From positions 608,001-672,000 of the forward strand of contig OY820591.1 of the NCBI GenBank assembly GCA_963555985.3: 64,000 nucleotides of DNA, read 5' to 3'. Below the pieces are notes generated by a model. That model made no database searches and had not been told where the DNA came from. It saw only the letters and a program-made list of their open reading frames with translations. A program made the position numbers and the translations under genes. Within the stretch, counting starts at the first letter, position 1; every line of letters starts with the position of its first letter. Shown piece after piece: positions 8,825 to 18,070 of this stretch. Origin of the DNA: Dehalococcoidia bacterium. GTDB lineage: Bacteria > Chloroflexota > Dehalococcoidia > Bin125.

Positions 8825-10087
8825 ATGACGAATGCGAACGGCGCGAGTCAGTTGCAGCGCGTAGTCATCGTCGGCGCCTCGCTCGCCGGCCTCAACGCTG
8901 CCGAAACCCTGCGCGCCGAGGGCTACGACGCCGAGATCGTCCTGATCGGCGACGAACCCCACGATCCCTACGACCGCCCGCCGCTATCGAAGCAGTTGCT
9001 CACCGGCGAATGGGACACGGATCGCTTGTCTTTGCGAAGTCCGGAGGAGTTCGCCGGCCTGCGGCTCGAATTCATGCGCGGCCGCCGCGCGACCGCTCTG
9101 GACATCGCCGAGCAGTCCGTCGCGCTGGACGATGGCGAACAGGTCTCGTTCGACGGCCTGATCATCGCCAACGGGGCCGATCCGATCACGCTGCGCGGCG
9201 CTGACGAGTTCGAGGGCGTCCACACCCTCCGCAACCAGGCCGACGCGCTTCGGATCCGGGCTGAGTTCGAGACTGCCGCCGAATCCGGCGGGCGGATCGT
9301 CGTGATCGGCGCGGGCTTCATCGGCGCCGAGGCGGCTTCCTCGGCTCGCGCTCGCGGTCTGGACGTCACGCTCGTCGAGGCGCTGGAAGCGCCGATGATC
9401 GGCCCGCTCGGGCCGGAGCTTGGCGCCTGGGCCGCCCAATTGCACGCAGACGCGGGTGTCGATCTGCGCATGAACACCAAGCTGGATCGACTGCTTGGCG
9501 ACACGCACGTCGAGGCCGTTCAACTCGACAACGGCGAGACCATCCCCGCCGCCGCCGTCGTCATCGGCATCGGTGTCCGACCCGCCGTCGGCTGGCTCCA
9601 GAATTCCGGCCTCAGCATCGGCGACGGCGTGCTCTGCGACCAGTTCTGCCGCGCCGCCCCATTGATCTACGCCGCTGGCGACATCTGCCGCTGGCCCAAC
9701 GCGCTCTTTACCCACTTCACCTACCACCAACCCAACCGCACCATGCGAATCGAGCATTGGACCAACGCTATCGAACAAGGCATCGCCGCCGCCCGCAATC
9801 TCCTGCTCGAAGCCCGGGGCGAGTCACTCGAACCGTTCGCCCCAGCGCCCTACTTCTGGTCAGACCAACACGGCAAGAGCATCATGGCCTCCGGCATCAC
9901 ATCGCCACGAGATGCAGTCGTAGTAGCGCATGGCGCACTGGACGAGCGCCGCTTCGCCGCCCTCTATGGTTTGCGCGGGTATCTGAGCGGTGTCGTAGCG
10001 GTCGGTTGGCCGAGGATGCTGCGGCGATACCAGGCGATGATTCGTGAGCAGGTGTCGTGGGAGGAGGCGCTTCAGTCGGCGGAGTGA
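8825..10087 (+). CDS. NAD(P)/FAD-dependent ferredoxin reductase-like oxidoreductase
   Basis: GASLAG, PYDRPPLSK, GAGFIG, YAAGD, PYFWSDQ. Confidence 0.9.
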   Translation: MTNANGASQLQRVVIVGASLAGLNAAETLRAEGYDAEIVLIGDEPHDPYDRPPLSKQLLTGEWDTDRLSLRSPEEFAGLRLEFMRGRRATALDIAEQSVALDDGEQVSFDGLIIANGADPITLRGADEFEGVHTLRNQADALRIRAEFETAAESGGRIVVIGAGFIGAEAASSARARGLDVTLVEALEAPMIGPLGPELGAWAAQLHADAGVDLRMNTKLDRLLGDTHVEAVQLDNGETIPAAAVVIGIGVRPAVGWLQNSGLSIGDGVLCDQFCRAAPLIYAAGDICRWPNALFTHFTYHQPNRTMRIEHWTNAIEQGIAAARNLLLEARGESLEPFAPAPYFWSDQHGKSIMASGITSPRDAVVVAHGALDERRFAALYGLRGYLSGVVAVGWPRMLRRYQAMIREQVSWEEALQSAE

Positions 10088-10551
10088 ATCAAGGCGGCAT
10101 CGACCGCAGACTCGGCTTCAGGCTGCTCAAAACTGTCCAGTGGAGAGACGGCGTTCGGGTTCATCAATCGCCGCAGTTCAGCTACGCGGGCGACTGCGTC
10201 GCCAACGCGGTGGATAGCGTCTGCAAGTTCGGACGAACGGGAGCAGACGACTTCAAGTTGCCCATCGTTGATGCTGACATCGAGCGTTTGCGCGACATCG
10301 GCGATATGCCCGCGTAGGATTGGCGTGAGCATAGGCGGTGCGAAGTTCGACTTGAGCCAGGGAATGGCGAGGCCGAAGTCGGTGACCACGATCTGACCGT
10401 GTCTGGGTACCAGAAACAGCACGATCGGATCACGATTCGGAAGCAAGAAAGGCGTGTAGACACGCACCTCGCCACGATCCCAACGTTCGCATTCATAGAG
10501 TTGGGCGAGTCCGAGTCCCAGTGCGTGTGCGACTTCGTTGCGCTCGATCAT
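10072..10551 (-). CDS. DUF1828-like protein
   Basis: VYTPFLLPNRDPIVLFL..VTDFG pattern; paired with upstream gene; paralog at 23782. Confidence 0.6.
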   Translation of the reverse strand: MIERNEVAHALGLGLAQLYECERWDRGEVRVYTPFLLPNRDPIVLFLVPRHGQIVVTDFGLAIPWLKSNFAPPMLTPILRGHIADVAQTLDVSINDGQLEVVCSRSSELADAIHRVGDAVARVAELRRLMNPNAVSPLDSFEQPEAESAVDAALIHSAD

Positions 10552-10562
10552 CTCATCTGTCC

Positions 10563-11003
10563 CTAGGTCCGTGGTTCAGAGAGCGTCCCTAAGTGGAGAA
10601 TACGAGCTTCAGCACAGAACTGCCGCCAAGCGGGGCCGGGTTGATCCCAGGAAGCAGTGTTGTCTCCAGATTCATCTGCCCAGTGGTCGCCGTGTTGGGT
10701 AGTCCAGCGATGGAAGTGGACGGGAGCCAGCGGCGTGCCGTCGGGATTCTTATGCCCCTTAAATCCTACGCACATTCTGAGGACAGCGCCGATGTCCGCC
10801 AGAACTACGGTGAAGAACAACGTCTCGCGGTGTGGGTACCAACTGCCATAGACCGTGAGCTGCCAATCAGAATCAGAGGAGATTTCAGCCTGAAACTCCA
10901 TCCCAGGAAGATGGTCGATGTCCGGAAACCAGCGGATATCTCCCACGATCTGTTTCGTGCGGTCGCTCAGAATCTCCTCGAATTCAGCATCGCTCAGCGC
11001 CAT
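10563..11003 (-). CDS. DUF6978-like protein
   Basis: HKNPDG..VHFHRW..FCAEARI; paralog at 24198. Confidence 0.6.
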   Translation of the reverse strand: MALSDAEFEEILSDRTKQIVGDIRWFPDIDHLPGMEFQAEISSDSDWQLTVYGSWYPHRETLFFTVVLADIGAVLRMCVGFKGHKNPDGTPLAPVHFHRWTTQHGDHWADESGDNTASWDQPGPAWRQFCAEARILHLGTLSEPRT

Positions 11004-11012
11004 GAGCGCAGC

Positions 11013-12194
11013 TTATGACCAGCCTCGCGAACCGGAGCCTCGCCGCTCCGCCCATGACGCGGCCACATCCACCAACACCTTCGCCATTCCCAACCGACCC
11101 TGAAACCCCGTATACGTTGCCTCCCCCCGCACGATCCGGCAGAACGCCCGCCAAAACCGATCACTCCGCTGCAAGAGCTGCGTATACGGCCACGGCGTGT
11201 AGTGAAACAGCGCCTGCAACTGGCGCGCGGCCGCGAGTTCCGGTTCAATCTCGTGTTCGATGCTCAGCCGGTAGTCAGTCAGATCAGGCGCCTGCCCATC
11301 GAGATACTCCCGAACCGCCTGAGCCGCCAACTGACCCGAACGAATCGCATTCCCGATCCCTTCGCCCGACAATGGATCGACCAGCCCCGCCGCATCACCA
11401 ACGAACACGGTGGAACCGCTGACCAGAGCGCTCTCCGGATCTCTGAGCGGCAGGTGGTGCGCTCGCAGATCGGTCAGTGTCTCCGGGTCGAACGACTCGA
11501 TCCGTGCGTACTCCGCCAGTTCCTGCCGCAGCGTCGGCGCGGCGCTGGGAAATCCTCCGACGCCCACGTTGCAGTGATCCCCCTTGGGGAAGACCCAGCC
11601 GTAGCCGCCAGGCATCGAGCCGAGCTCAAGTCCGACGGCGTCCGTCCAGCGCTCGCCAGCCGGTCCACTTGACCGAGCAGCGTTGCCCTCGAGCGCGATA
11701 GCCGCCCGAAGTCGAGGCAGACCCAACGCGCGACGCACGACTCCATTCGCACCGTCAGCCGCAATGATCGCGCCCGCCTGGAGTGCATCGCCGTGAGCGA
11801 GCCGAACCGTGATCGTTCCGTTCTGCTCAACCGAACGCACGCCGCTGGAGTCCTGGAACACCGCTCCAGCCGCAACCGCCTGCTCCACCAGGTAGGCGTC
11901 CAGCCGTGAGCGCTGTGTCATGATCGCGAGCGGTTGCTCATAACGATGCTCAAACTCGGATCCGCGCCGATAACGCACCCGAAATGATGTGATCGTCTGC
12001 TCAGTCACCGGATCGAGCGAGAACGGCAACAGCTTGACCGCAGAGACCAGCACGCCCCCACCGCACGGCTTGTCGCGCGGAAAGCTGGCGCGATCCAGCA
12101 ACACCACATCCGCGCCCGCCCGCGCGAGCTCGTACGCAGCGGTCGCGCCGCCCGGCCCCGCTCCAACGACTACGACGTCCCGGCGAGTCGCCAT
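11013..12194 (-). CDS. Geranylgeranyl reductase family flavoprotein
   Basis: GAGPGG, FPRDKPCGGG, GYGWVFPKG, GDAAGLVDPLSGEGI; start MATRRD at 12194. Confidence 0.88.
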   Translation of the reverse strand: MATRRDVVVVGAGPGGATAAYELARAGADVVLLDRASFPRDKPCGGGVLVSAVKLLPFSLDPVTEQTITSFRVRYRRGSEFEHRYEQPLAIMTQRSRLDAYLVEQAVAAGAVFQDSSGVRSVEQNGTITVRLAHGDALQAGAIIAADGANGVVRRALGLPRLRAAIALEGNAARSSGPAGERWTDAVGLELGSMPGGYGWVFPKGDHCNVGVGGFPSAAPTLRQELAEYARIESFDPETLTDLRAHHLPLRDPESALVSGSTVFVGDAAGLVDPLSGEGIGNAIRSGQLAAQAVREYLDGQAPDLTDYRLSIEHEIEPELAAARQLQALFHYTPWPYTQLLQRSDRFWRAFCRIVRGEATYTGFQGRLGMAKVLVDVAASWAERRGSGSRGWS

Positions 12195-12739
12195 TTGTCC
12201 CACACTGTCTTGAGCGCGGCGGATATCGGAGCCGCGAAGCAGAAGATGATCGCCTCGATCGGTTCGCCCAGGGCGACCGCGAGCAGCGGCAACGGCGCGG
12301 CCACGAGCAGGATGCCCAACTCGGCGATCCGCGTGACCAGATAGGTCAGCCCGCCGACCACAAATGTGATCCCGAACTGCCAGGGCATAAAGGCTCCGGC
12401 CGCTCCCAATGCCGTCGCCGCCGCGCGACCGCCGTTGAAGCGCAAAAACACCGGCCACATATGCCCAACCATCACCAGCCCGCCCGCCGCCATCCACCAA
12501 CCGAGCTCCAGACCCCACCAGCGCGCGATCGAGACCGCGAGCAAGCCTTTGCCGATATCGAAGACGATGATCACCGCGCCGAAAAAATGCCCCGCGCCCT
12601 CGCGGGAGGCGTTGGCCGCGCCCACATTGCCGTCGCCCACCTCACGCAGATCCAGACCTGTGCGCCAGCGAAACACCAGCCACGAGACCGGGATTGATCC
12701 CAGCAGATAGGCGAGGACGAGCGTGACCGCCTCGGCCAT
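12170..12739 (-). CDS. plsY: Glycerol-3-phosphate acyltransferase
   Basis: YLLGSIP, GNVGAAN, DIGKG, GHMWPVFLRFNGG. Confidence 0.85.
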   Translation of the reverse strand: MAEAVTLVLAYLLGSIPVSWLVFRWRTGLDLREVGDGNVGAANASREGAGHFFGAVIIVFDIGKGLLAVSIARWWGLELGWWMAAGGLVMVGHMWPVFLRFNGGRAAATALGAAGAFMPWQFGITFVVGGLTYLVTRIAELGILLVAAPLPLLAVALGEPIEAIIFCFAAPISAALKTVWDKWRLAGTS

Positions 12740-12757
12740 CGCAGCCCTCCCGCGCCG

Positions 12758-13687
12758 CTAGTCGTTGGTATAGATCGGCGTCAGCCAGTGCGCGTAAGCG
12801 TCGCGCCGGCCGATGATCGCGTCGAAGTAGAGCCGCTCCAACTGCGCCGTGATCGGCCCCGTCTCGCCATTCCCGACCGTGCGCCGGTCGACCGACGAGA
12901 TCGGCGTCACATGCGCCGCCGTACCCGTCATAAACACTTCGTCCGCCAGCCACAGCTCAGAGCGGTCAAGCGTGCGCTCCACCGTGGGAATACCGAGTTC
13001 CTTCTCCGCCAGCTCCATCACCGTGTTGCGCGTGATCCCGACCAGGATGTTGTCCGAGCTGGGCGGCGTGTAAATCACGCCATCGTTGACGATGAAAATG
13101 TTCTCCCCGCTGCCCTCCGAGACGTGCCCGTCTTCGTTGAGCATGATCGCCTCGTCGAAACCCGCCGTTTCCGCCTCCGTCTTGGCCAGCGCCGAGTTGA
13201 TGTACGCGCCGGTCACTTTGGCCCGAACCGGAATCGACTGATCCTCAGTCCGCCGCCACGACGACGTGACCACATGCACGCCCCCGGTCGTGTCCAGGTA
13301 CGCCCCCCAGGGAATCAGAAAACAGAGAAAGTCGTCCGCAATCCCGTGCAGACGCACCCCCAGCGCCTGGGCCGACTTGTAGACCATCGGCCGCACGTAC
13401 ACGTCCTGCCGAAAGCCGCTCCGCCGCACCAACTCGATCGTGAGCTCGCAGAGCTCGTCGTCCGAGAGCGGCAAATCCATCATCAGCGCATGAGCCGACT
13501 TCCGCAGCCGTTCGTAGTGCTCGCGCATCCGAAAGAGATAGAGCTGTTCGTGTTCCTCGTTCCAGTTCGCGCGAATGCCCTCAAATACGGCCGTCCCATA
13601 ATGCAGGGCATGGGTCATGATGCTGATCTTGGCCTCGGAGAGGGGCAAAATCTCTCCGTGCAGATAGGCCATTTCAGTGCCGGACAT
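12758..13687 (-). CDS. ilvE: Branched-chain amino acid transaminase
   Basis: HALHYGTAVFEG, AKVTGAY, EGSGENIF, ILVGITR, TGTAA. Confidence 0.93.
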   Translation of the reverse strand: MSGTEMAYLHGEILPLSEAKISIMTHALHYGTAVFEGIRANWNEEHEQLYLFRMREHYERLRKSAHALMMDLPLSDDELCELTIELVRRSGFRQDVYVRPMVYKSAQALGVRLHGIADDFLCFLIPWGAYLDTTGGVHVVTSSWRRTEDQSIPVRAKVTGAYINSALAKTEAETAGFDEAIMLNEDGHVSEGSGENIFIVNDGVIYTPPSSDNILVGITRNTVMELAEKELGIPTVERTLDRSELWLADEVFMTGTAAHVTPISSVDRRTVGNGETGPITAQLERLYFDAIIGRRDAYAHWLTPIYTND

Positions 13688-13768
13688 CGCGCGCTCCCAG
13701 AGTGCTTGGTGCAGATGGCGTCAACGCAAACGCATTACCCGCCACGATACACGCGACCTACGGGCTGT

Positions 13769-14415
13769 TCATTGCCCTGGGCGGTGTGCGTCACAACGGG
13801 TCTGGCCGCTCTGCTCCGGGTTGGGGACTAGCGCACCGCGACTGCGGGGTCGGTTGGTCGCGGAATCTGGTACCAGGGCTGATCGCAGACGAAGCGAGCG
13901 ATTCCGGCCTTGTCCGACGAGCCCAGCGCCAGTCCGAGCTTGCCAGGCGCGGAAATTGGACGCGCCCACGTAGCGCACCTTGCCCCAGCGCACGAGATCG
14001 TCGAGGGCCTGCATGGTCTCCTCGATGGGCGTGGACGGATCGGGTCCGTGGAGCTGATACAGATCGATGTAGTCCGTGCCGAGTCGTCGCAGCGAGTCGT
14101 CGACCGCTGAGAGAAGGTGCTGCCTCGAGTTTCCCCGCTGATGCGGCATGGGACCGGTCGGCACGAAACCCTTGGGATCACCTGATCGCGGGGCCGACCG
14201 GCCAGCCAACGGCCAATGCTCTCCTCGGTGCCGCCGATCTCCGTATTGCCTGCCGGATAGGCGTCGGACGTGTCGAGGAAGATCACGCCGGCGTCGAAGG
14301 CGGTATCGAGGATGCGATGGGCCTCCCCCATCTCCGTTCTTGAGCCGAAGGTCATGGTGCCCAGGCAGATTTCTGAAACCCGAAGCCCGGTTCCGCCCAT
14401 CTTGCGGTATCGCAT
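13769..14415 (-). pseudogene. Aldo/keto reductase pseudogene (two frameshifts, truncated)
   Basis: [24 protein letters not shown] in one frame, [27 protein letters not shown] in another, then back; no C-terminal half. Confidence 0.85.
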
Positions 14416-14480
14416 ACACCGTTCCTCTCTAAAGAACCGCATTGGGAGCGGCCAATGTATCGCGTCGAGGGCTGAGAGGG

Positions 14481-14540
14481 CTAAAGCAGCATTTGGGTTT
14501 GGGTGACCTGGGCGACGAGTCTGCCGTCGGGGTTGAGGAT
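14481..14540 (-). repeat. Diverged duplicate of the last 20 codons of the thioesterase gene (15240-15299)
   Basis: 53/60 nt identical by hand alignment; ILNPDGRLVAQVTQTQMLL* vs ILDPEGKLVAQVTQTQMVL*. Confidence 0.9.
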
Positions 14541-14545
14541 GGCGG

Positions 14546-14953
14546 TCAGAAGAGTCGCTCAAGCGCTTCTTGGGGTTCGAGTGCCGGGATAGGCGAGTTG
14601 CTGAAGCCGGTGCGGTCTCTGGTGACGATGTATTCGGCGCCGCAGAGTTCGGCGGCCGCCGCGTGCATCGCATCCTCGAAGTCGGTCATCGGGAGCTCCA
14701 GGGCGCGGAGCAACTGGGCAGTCCCCGTCGGCGGCACTTCCACGCTCGACGCCAACAGCTGCACCAATCTGAGTGCCGTCTCGCGGTCAGCTTCGCGTTC
14801 CGTGATGTAGAAGGCGGTGGCGATGCCGTGCCACGCTACGCATGCCTGGATCCGCCCTCGCCCCACTTCGTTGAGCAGCGCACGCGCGGCCGGCGCGTGC
14901 TCCCCGCGATCAAGGACGACGTCGAGAATCACATTGGTGTCGATCAGGATCAC
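14546..14953 (-). CDS. PIN-domain toxin (VapC-like)
   Basis: ILIDTNVILD, DFEDA, IVTRD. Confidence 0.9.
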   Translation of the reverse strand: MILIDTNVILDVVLDRGEHAPAARALLNEVGRGRIQACVAWHGIATAFYITEREADRETALRLVQLLASSVEVPPTGTAQLLRALELPMTDFEDAMHAAAAELCGAEYIVTRDRTGFSNSPIPALEPQEALERLF

Positions 14954-15207
14954 CGCAAGTGCTTTTCCTTCAGGTAGTTGTGCTTCAGCTGATCGATCTC
15001 CTCATCGGTGTATTGCCTGCCGGTCGGGTTGGCGATGCCGAGCAGCTGATCGCCGAGCCCCGGAGTCTGTGTCTTGGAAGCCTCCCAGATGGCCTGGTTG
15101 ACCCACTCGGACAATGAGAGTCCGCTCTCTTTGGCGCAGCGTTCGGCGACAGGCAATAGCTTGGCGTCGACTCGGACGGTGAGGCTCTCGAGCATGGCGT
15201 TCTCCAA
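14950..15207 (-). CDS. Antitoxin (RHH/DUF6364-like)
   Basis: LTVRVD..GLSLSEWV..YLKEKH; overlaps toxin start. Confidence 0.75.
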   Translation of the reverse strand: MENAMLESLTVRVDAKLLPVAERCAKESGLSLSEWVNQAIWEASKTQTPGLGDQLLGIANPTGRQYTDEEIDQLKHNYLKEKHLR

Positions 15208-15239
15208 TGACCCACGCCAGTCCAGTGTATGCGGAATCG

Positions 15240-15662
15240 CTAGAGCACCATTTGGGTTTGGGTGACTTGGGCGACTAGTTTGCCTTCGGGGTCGAGGATG
15301 TTGGTTTGCCAGACTTGGGTGCGTCGGCCGCGGTGCATGGGACGCGACTCGCCGCGCAGCGTGGCGCCTTCGACGCCGCCGCGGTAGAAGTTGGTCTTGG
15401 ACTCGATGGTGGTCGTGCCCGACTCGTCGTCAAGGTTGGCCATCGTGCCGAGCGCGCCCAGCGTGTCGGCGAAGGCCATCAGCGCGCCGCCGTGCATCAG
15501 CCCCGGCGCCGTGCACAGCTCGCGCGTGACATCGATCTCGGCCACCATCAGGTCGGTCGCGGCTGAGACCAGGCGGATGCCAAGGTGATCGGGCAGGAGG
15601 CCGCGCATGCGCGTGCGGAAGTACTCCAGGTCGAGGTCGCGGCGCTCTTCGCGTGCGGGCAT
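15240..15662 (-). CDS. PaaI family thioesterase
   Basis: MHGGALMAFADTLG, TTTIESKTNF, HRGRRTQVW; start MPARE at 15662. Confidence 0.9.
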   Translation of the reverse strand: MPAREERRDLDLEYFRTRMRGLLPDHLGIRLVSAATDLMVAEIDVTRELCTAPGLMHGGALMAFADTLGALGTMANLDDESGTTTIESKTNFYRGGVEGATLRGESRPMHRGRRTQVWQTNILDPEGKLVAQVTQTQMVL

Positions 15663-15707
15663 TGAGTGTTCCCAGTCCGGATGGTGGCGGCGTGATACCG
15701 TCAGCCC

Positions 15708-16601
15708 ATGGCTGGACTGACCGACGCTACGCCAATCTATCACGTGGGCTCGCGTGAGGTGCGCGTGCTCACCGACGGTGTGATCTGGCTCGACGCGGGT
15801 GCCGTCTTCGGGCTCGTGCCCAAGGTCATGTGGTCGACCGTGACCGGTGAGACCAACGAGCTCAATCAGATTCCGCTGGCGCTCAACTGTCTGCTGCTGG
15901 AGTCCGACGGCAAGACCGTCCTGGTGGAGACGGGTCAGGGCAACAAGGACTTTGAGCAGACGCGGCGTCGCGGTTGGGAGCCGGATCACGGCAAGCTGAT
16001 TGAGGACCTGGCTCGCAACGGGGTTCGGCCGGCCGATGTGGACATCGTGATCAACACCCATCTGCACAACGACCACACCGGTTGGAACACGATCGAAGAC
16101 GGGGACGGGGAGCTGGCCGTGACCTTCCCCAATGCTCGCTACTACATCCAGCGCGGCGAGTGGGAAGACGCAATGCACCCCAACGAGCGCACCCGCGCCA
16201 CCTATCTCCCCGAAAACCTGCTGCCGGTCGAAGCAGCCGGACAGATCGAATTCATTGACGGCGAAACCCGGGTCACTTCCGACATCACCGTGATCGAAAC
16301 CCCCGGCCACACCGCTGCCCACGCCTCAGTCGTGATCGCCGACGGCGGCGAATCCGCGATCTACCTCGGTGACATGATCCAGCACGAAGTCCAACTTGAG
16401 CGCGTCGCCTGGCTCAGCGCCTTCGACGTGTTGCCCCTGGTCAACCTCGAAACCAAGAAGCGCCTGATCGCCGACGCGATCAAGAACCGCTCCCTCCTGG
16501 TCGCCGTCCACAACCCCTTCCCCGGCGTTGGACGCCTCTCCGCCGGAGAACGCGGACGCAACCTCTGGACTCCCGAACCGCCTCACAACGACGACAACTA
16601 A
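15708..16601 (+). CDS. MBL-fold metallo-hydrolase (YtnP-like)
   Basis: THLHNDHTG, TPGHT, GD motifs. Confidence 0.9.
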   Translation: MAGLTDATPIYHVGSREVRVLTDGVIWLDAGAVFGLVPKVMWSTVTGETNELNQIPLALNCLLLESDGKTVLVETGQGNKDFEQTRRRGWEPDHGKLIEDLARNGVRPADVDIVINTHLHNDHTGWNTIEDGDGELAVTFPNARYYIQRGEWEDAMHPNERTRATYLPENLLPVEAAGQIEFIDGETRVTSDITVIETPGHTAAHASVVIADGGESAIYLGDMIQHEVQLERVAWLSAFDVLPLVNLETKKRLIADAIKNRSLLVAVHNPFPGVGRLSAGERGRNLWTPEPPHNDDN

Positions 16602-16637
16602 TCCCGCAGAGCGAGACACCCTGCACGGAGCGAGACA

Positions 16638-17276
16638 ATGGCCTTTGGCGAACACCCGATGCCCGGCGGCGGCATGGACATGGAAGAGGCGCTGCGCAAT
16701 CTGCCCAAGCCCCGCCGCAAAATCTGGCGGCAGGAAGTCTGGGTCGATGACATCTTCCTGATGTACAAGGACCGCACCGAAGAACTGCCCGACCCTGCAC
16801 TGGTCGAACGCATCTTCCTGCTCGTCCGCCGCGGCGACCGTCACCTGGTCGTCCGCCACGGCGGGCGCGGCCAGCCCTGGGAACTGCCCATCCTCGAATT
16901 CGAAATCGAACCCCGGCACGAACCGGACGAACCCGCCACCGATCAGGAGGCGCGCCGCGCCGAACTGACCCAGACCATCCGCTCGGTCGTGCTCGATACC
17001 TGGCAAGTCCCGGTCACCGAGTGGCAGCAACACACTCTGATCCAGATGACCGCCCGCAACAACCAGGACGCCTACGAACCCGGCGTCCGACGCTACGAGC
17101 TGGTCGTCACCGCCCAGTGCGGCGAACCCGAAGACCTCGCCCCAGACACCGAGTGGTCGCGCCGCTTCTTCCGCCCCCGCGAGATGAATCAAGTCCTCCG
17201 CGAGCGCTACATGGACCGCGAAGAAATCGGCCTCGCCCACGAAGCCCAAGTCATCGAAGCCGCCAAATCCGCCTAG
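16638..17276 (+). CDS. Hypothetical protein (possible degenerate NUDIX fold)
   Basis: Host-like codon use, RBS GGAG; LVVR..PWELP but no canonical NUDIX box. Confidence 0.6.
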   Translation: MAFGEHPMPGGGMDMEEALRNLPKPRRKIWRQEVWVDDIFLMYKDRTEELPDPALVERIFLLVRRGDRHLVVRHGGRGQPWELPILEFEIEPRHEPDEPATDQEARRAELTQTIRSVVLDTWQVPVTEWQQHTLIQMTARNNQDAYEPGVRRYELVVTAQCGEPEDLAPDTEWSRRFFRPREMNQVLRERYMDREEIGLAHEAQVIEAAKSA

Positions 17277-17304
17277 ACAACGAGCGAGCAAACCAACCCT
17301 GTTT

Positions 17305-17437
17305 CCGTCATACCCGCGCTTGTCGCGGGTATCTCGCCGCGACCAGCACCCAAGCCCATCCCAAATCCCTCTCCTTCCTTTGCGGGAGAGATGTCACGCA
17401 GAGCCTGACCTCGCGTAGGCGGGAGACAGAGGGGGGC
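17305..17437. repeat. REP-like cluster (GTCATACCCG..CGGGTATC unit plus CCTCTCC..GACAGAGGGGG unit)
   Basis: CCGTCATACCCGCGCTTGTCGCGGGTATCTCG; near-identical units near 21475, 25555, 52995 and 56526. Confidence 0.8.
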
Positions 17438-17459
17438 CATCCACCCCAGCCAAGCGACC

Positions 17460-17780
17460 CCAACCAAGCTGTCACCCCAGCAACACCTTGATCCTCCACA
17501 GAACACCAGTGCATATACAATCGACCACAACCAACCCCTCCTCCACAAACAACGAAACCCGACATGACCACCGCAACCCGCCTAGACAAATCAAGACAAA
17601 CCAGGACACACGCCCCCAATTCCGCTCCAAACACCCCAAATCTGGCCGGATCTGGCCAAATCTGGACTTTTCCGGACTACCTCCAGCCCAATTCCCCGCC
17701 CCCACTCGAAGATTCGCCCAGTTCGCTCAAAAACTTCCCTCCGCACGTCCACGCCTTCATCTCTCTGAACAAACCCCAGG
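17460..17780 (+). repeat. A/C-rich spacer with 10-bp-phased short repeats
   Basis: TCTGGCCGGA TCTGGCCAAA TCTGGACTTT TCCGGA at 17641; AGACAAA-type repeats near 17582; ends CTCTCTGAACA. Confidence 0.55.
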
Positions 17781-18070
17781 CGCTACACTGATTTGGACAT
17801 GCACGCCGCCCCTTCCCGCAGCCCGCGCACGTCAGCGCGCCCGGCCCCCGTCGCTGTACCCGGCGGCCTCGTGTTCCGCGCCTGAGCGTTCGGCGCGCCC
17901 CGACGGAACCAGCGCCGCCCGACCTTCGCCACTCAATCCGGATCACACCAGACAGTTCACAGTGACACCGCTCCCGCACACCTGGTGCCCTGTCTCACCC
18001 CGAACCCACAAGCCGATCCTGCTGCGTTGCCGCGCAGCAACGCGCGCTCATACCCGATAAGGAACACACC

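Noticed and set aside
17488-18060. 190-aa ORF upstream of ilvB
   Set aside because: Low-complexity translation of the A/C-rich spacer and leader; no protein-like features
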